Source of the DNA: Nemertoderma westbladi
Lineage: Eukaryota; Animalia; Xenacoelomorpha
Assembly: GCA_032718475.1 (NCBI GenBank)
Contig: JAUCBJ010001697.1
Span: forward strand, 1 to 46,968
DNA length: 46,968 nt
Reading direction: 5' to 3'
Part shown: positions 46,408 through 46,968 of the stretch, one piece after another
How the letters are laid out: every line of letters starts with the position of its first letter
Position numbering within the stretch: position 1 is the first letter of the stretch
Position numbers and translations under genes: made by a program
The notes under the pieces: model-generated
The model's input: the letters and a program-made list of their open reading frames with translations, nothing else
What the model was told of the DNA's origin: nothing
The model's database searches: none

Positions 46408-46968
46408 AATAATTATGCATTCAGCACGCCAATATGTAGTTTTTAAAGTTATTTAATCTGACACAGGAATGGAATGGCAATCTCAGTCCACACGAGCGTC
46501 CGCGTTCGCTGCCAGGATGGAAAGATTTGTTTATGTATATAGATTAGCTACGCAATATAGATATCGTATAGGCCTTCCGCTGTTGCCAACCAACTCATAA
46601 AATAAATAACACATTCTTCGAATTTCGTGTATTTAATAAATAGAATAAATGGCCTGCAGCGAACAATAATTCTTGCAATCTTTGAATGCCTATTTCTCAG
46701 CTGTTTCTCAACGAAATTCAGATGTTGTTACATATTTGGAATCCTTGCAACGCAAGCTTTCTATTGATATGAAAATTTATATAGAATATTGATATGATAT
46801 TACGACTAATGTGAAGAATGGCAATGATACGGACGGTGCGATTTCGCAAAAGACACTTTTTTAAAACGCTTATAAAAAAAATTTAAAGGCGAAATAGAAA
46901 ATTCCGGCTTCATGGTAACAACCACGGTAAGTTGAACAAGTTGTGTTTCAAATTTCAAGCAATATGAT

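Larger units (their letters stand above)
41539..46968. mobile_element. Long-TIR DNA element (>5.4 kb including cargo); right TIR runs off the window
   Basis: 41601-41950 is the reverse complement of about 46597-46968, with high similarity over ~350 bp. The left end resembles the MITE end at 2898. Confidence 0.8.

Overview
This is eukaryotic (animal, probably invertebrate) genomic DNA, not prokaryotic, and it has no CRISPR array or operon. Its backbone is a complete 9-exon + strand gene for the spliceosomal DEAD-box helicase DDX46/Prp5 (8206-36193). I spliced the exons by hand: all phases match and give 1274 aa, and the DEAD-motif exon (18194-18369) is missing from the ORF track. The 12.5-kb intron 5 holds an intact, intronless NF-YC gene on the SAME strand as the host, while the presumed host promoter has two consensus CCAAT boxes. 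The same intron also holds a complete young Ty3/gypsy (CsRn1-like) retrotransposon (identical 275-bp LTRs, GTAG target duplication, GGGAAAC -1 frameshift site) and a Helentron/Helitron2-like insertion. The rest is repeat-dense: two RTE-like LINE fragments, tRNA-derived SINEs, several MITEs (including a hAT element nested in another MITE), and satellites of 34, 36, 23, 27 and 40 bp. At the right end is a tandem dimer of a hairpin-bearing, possibly Crypton-derived element sitting inside a long-TIR element. A possible small signal-peptide gene lies at 40815-41120. All calls come from reading the sequence by eye; no database searches were run.
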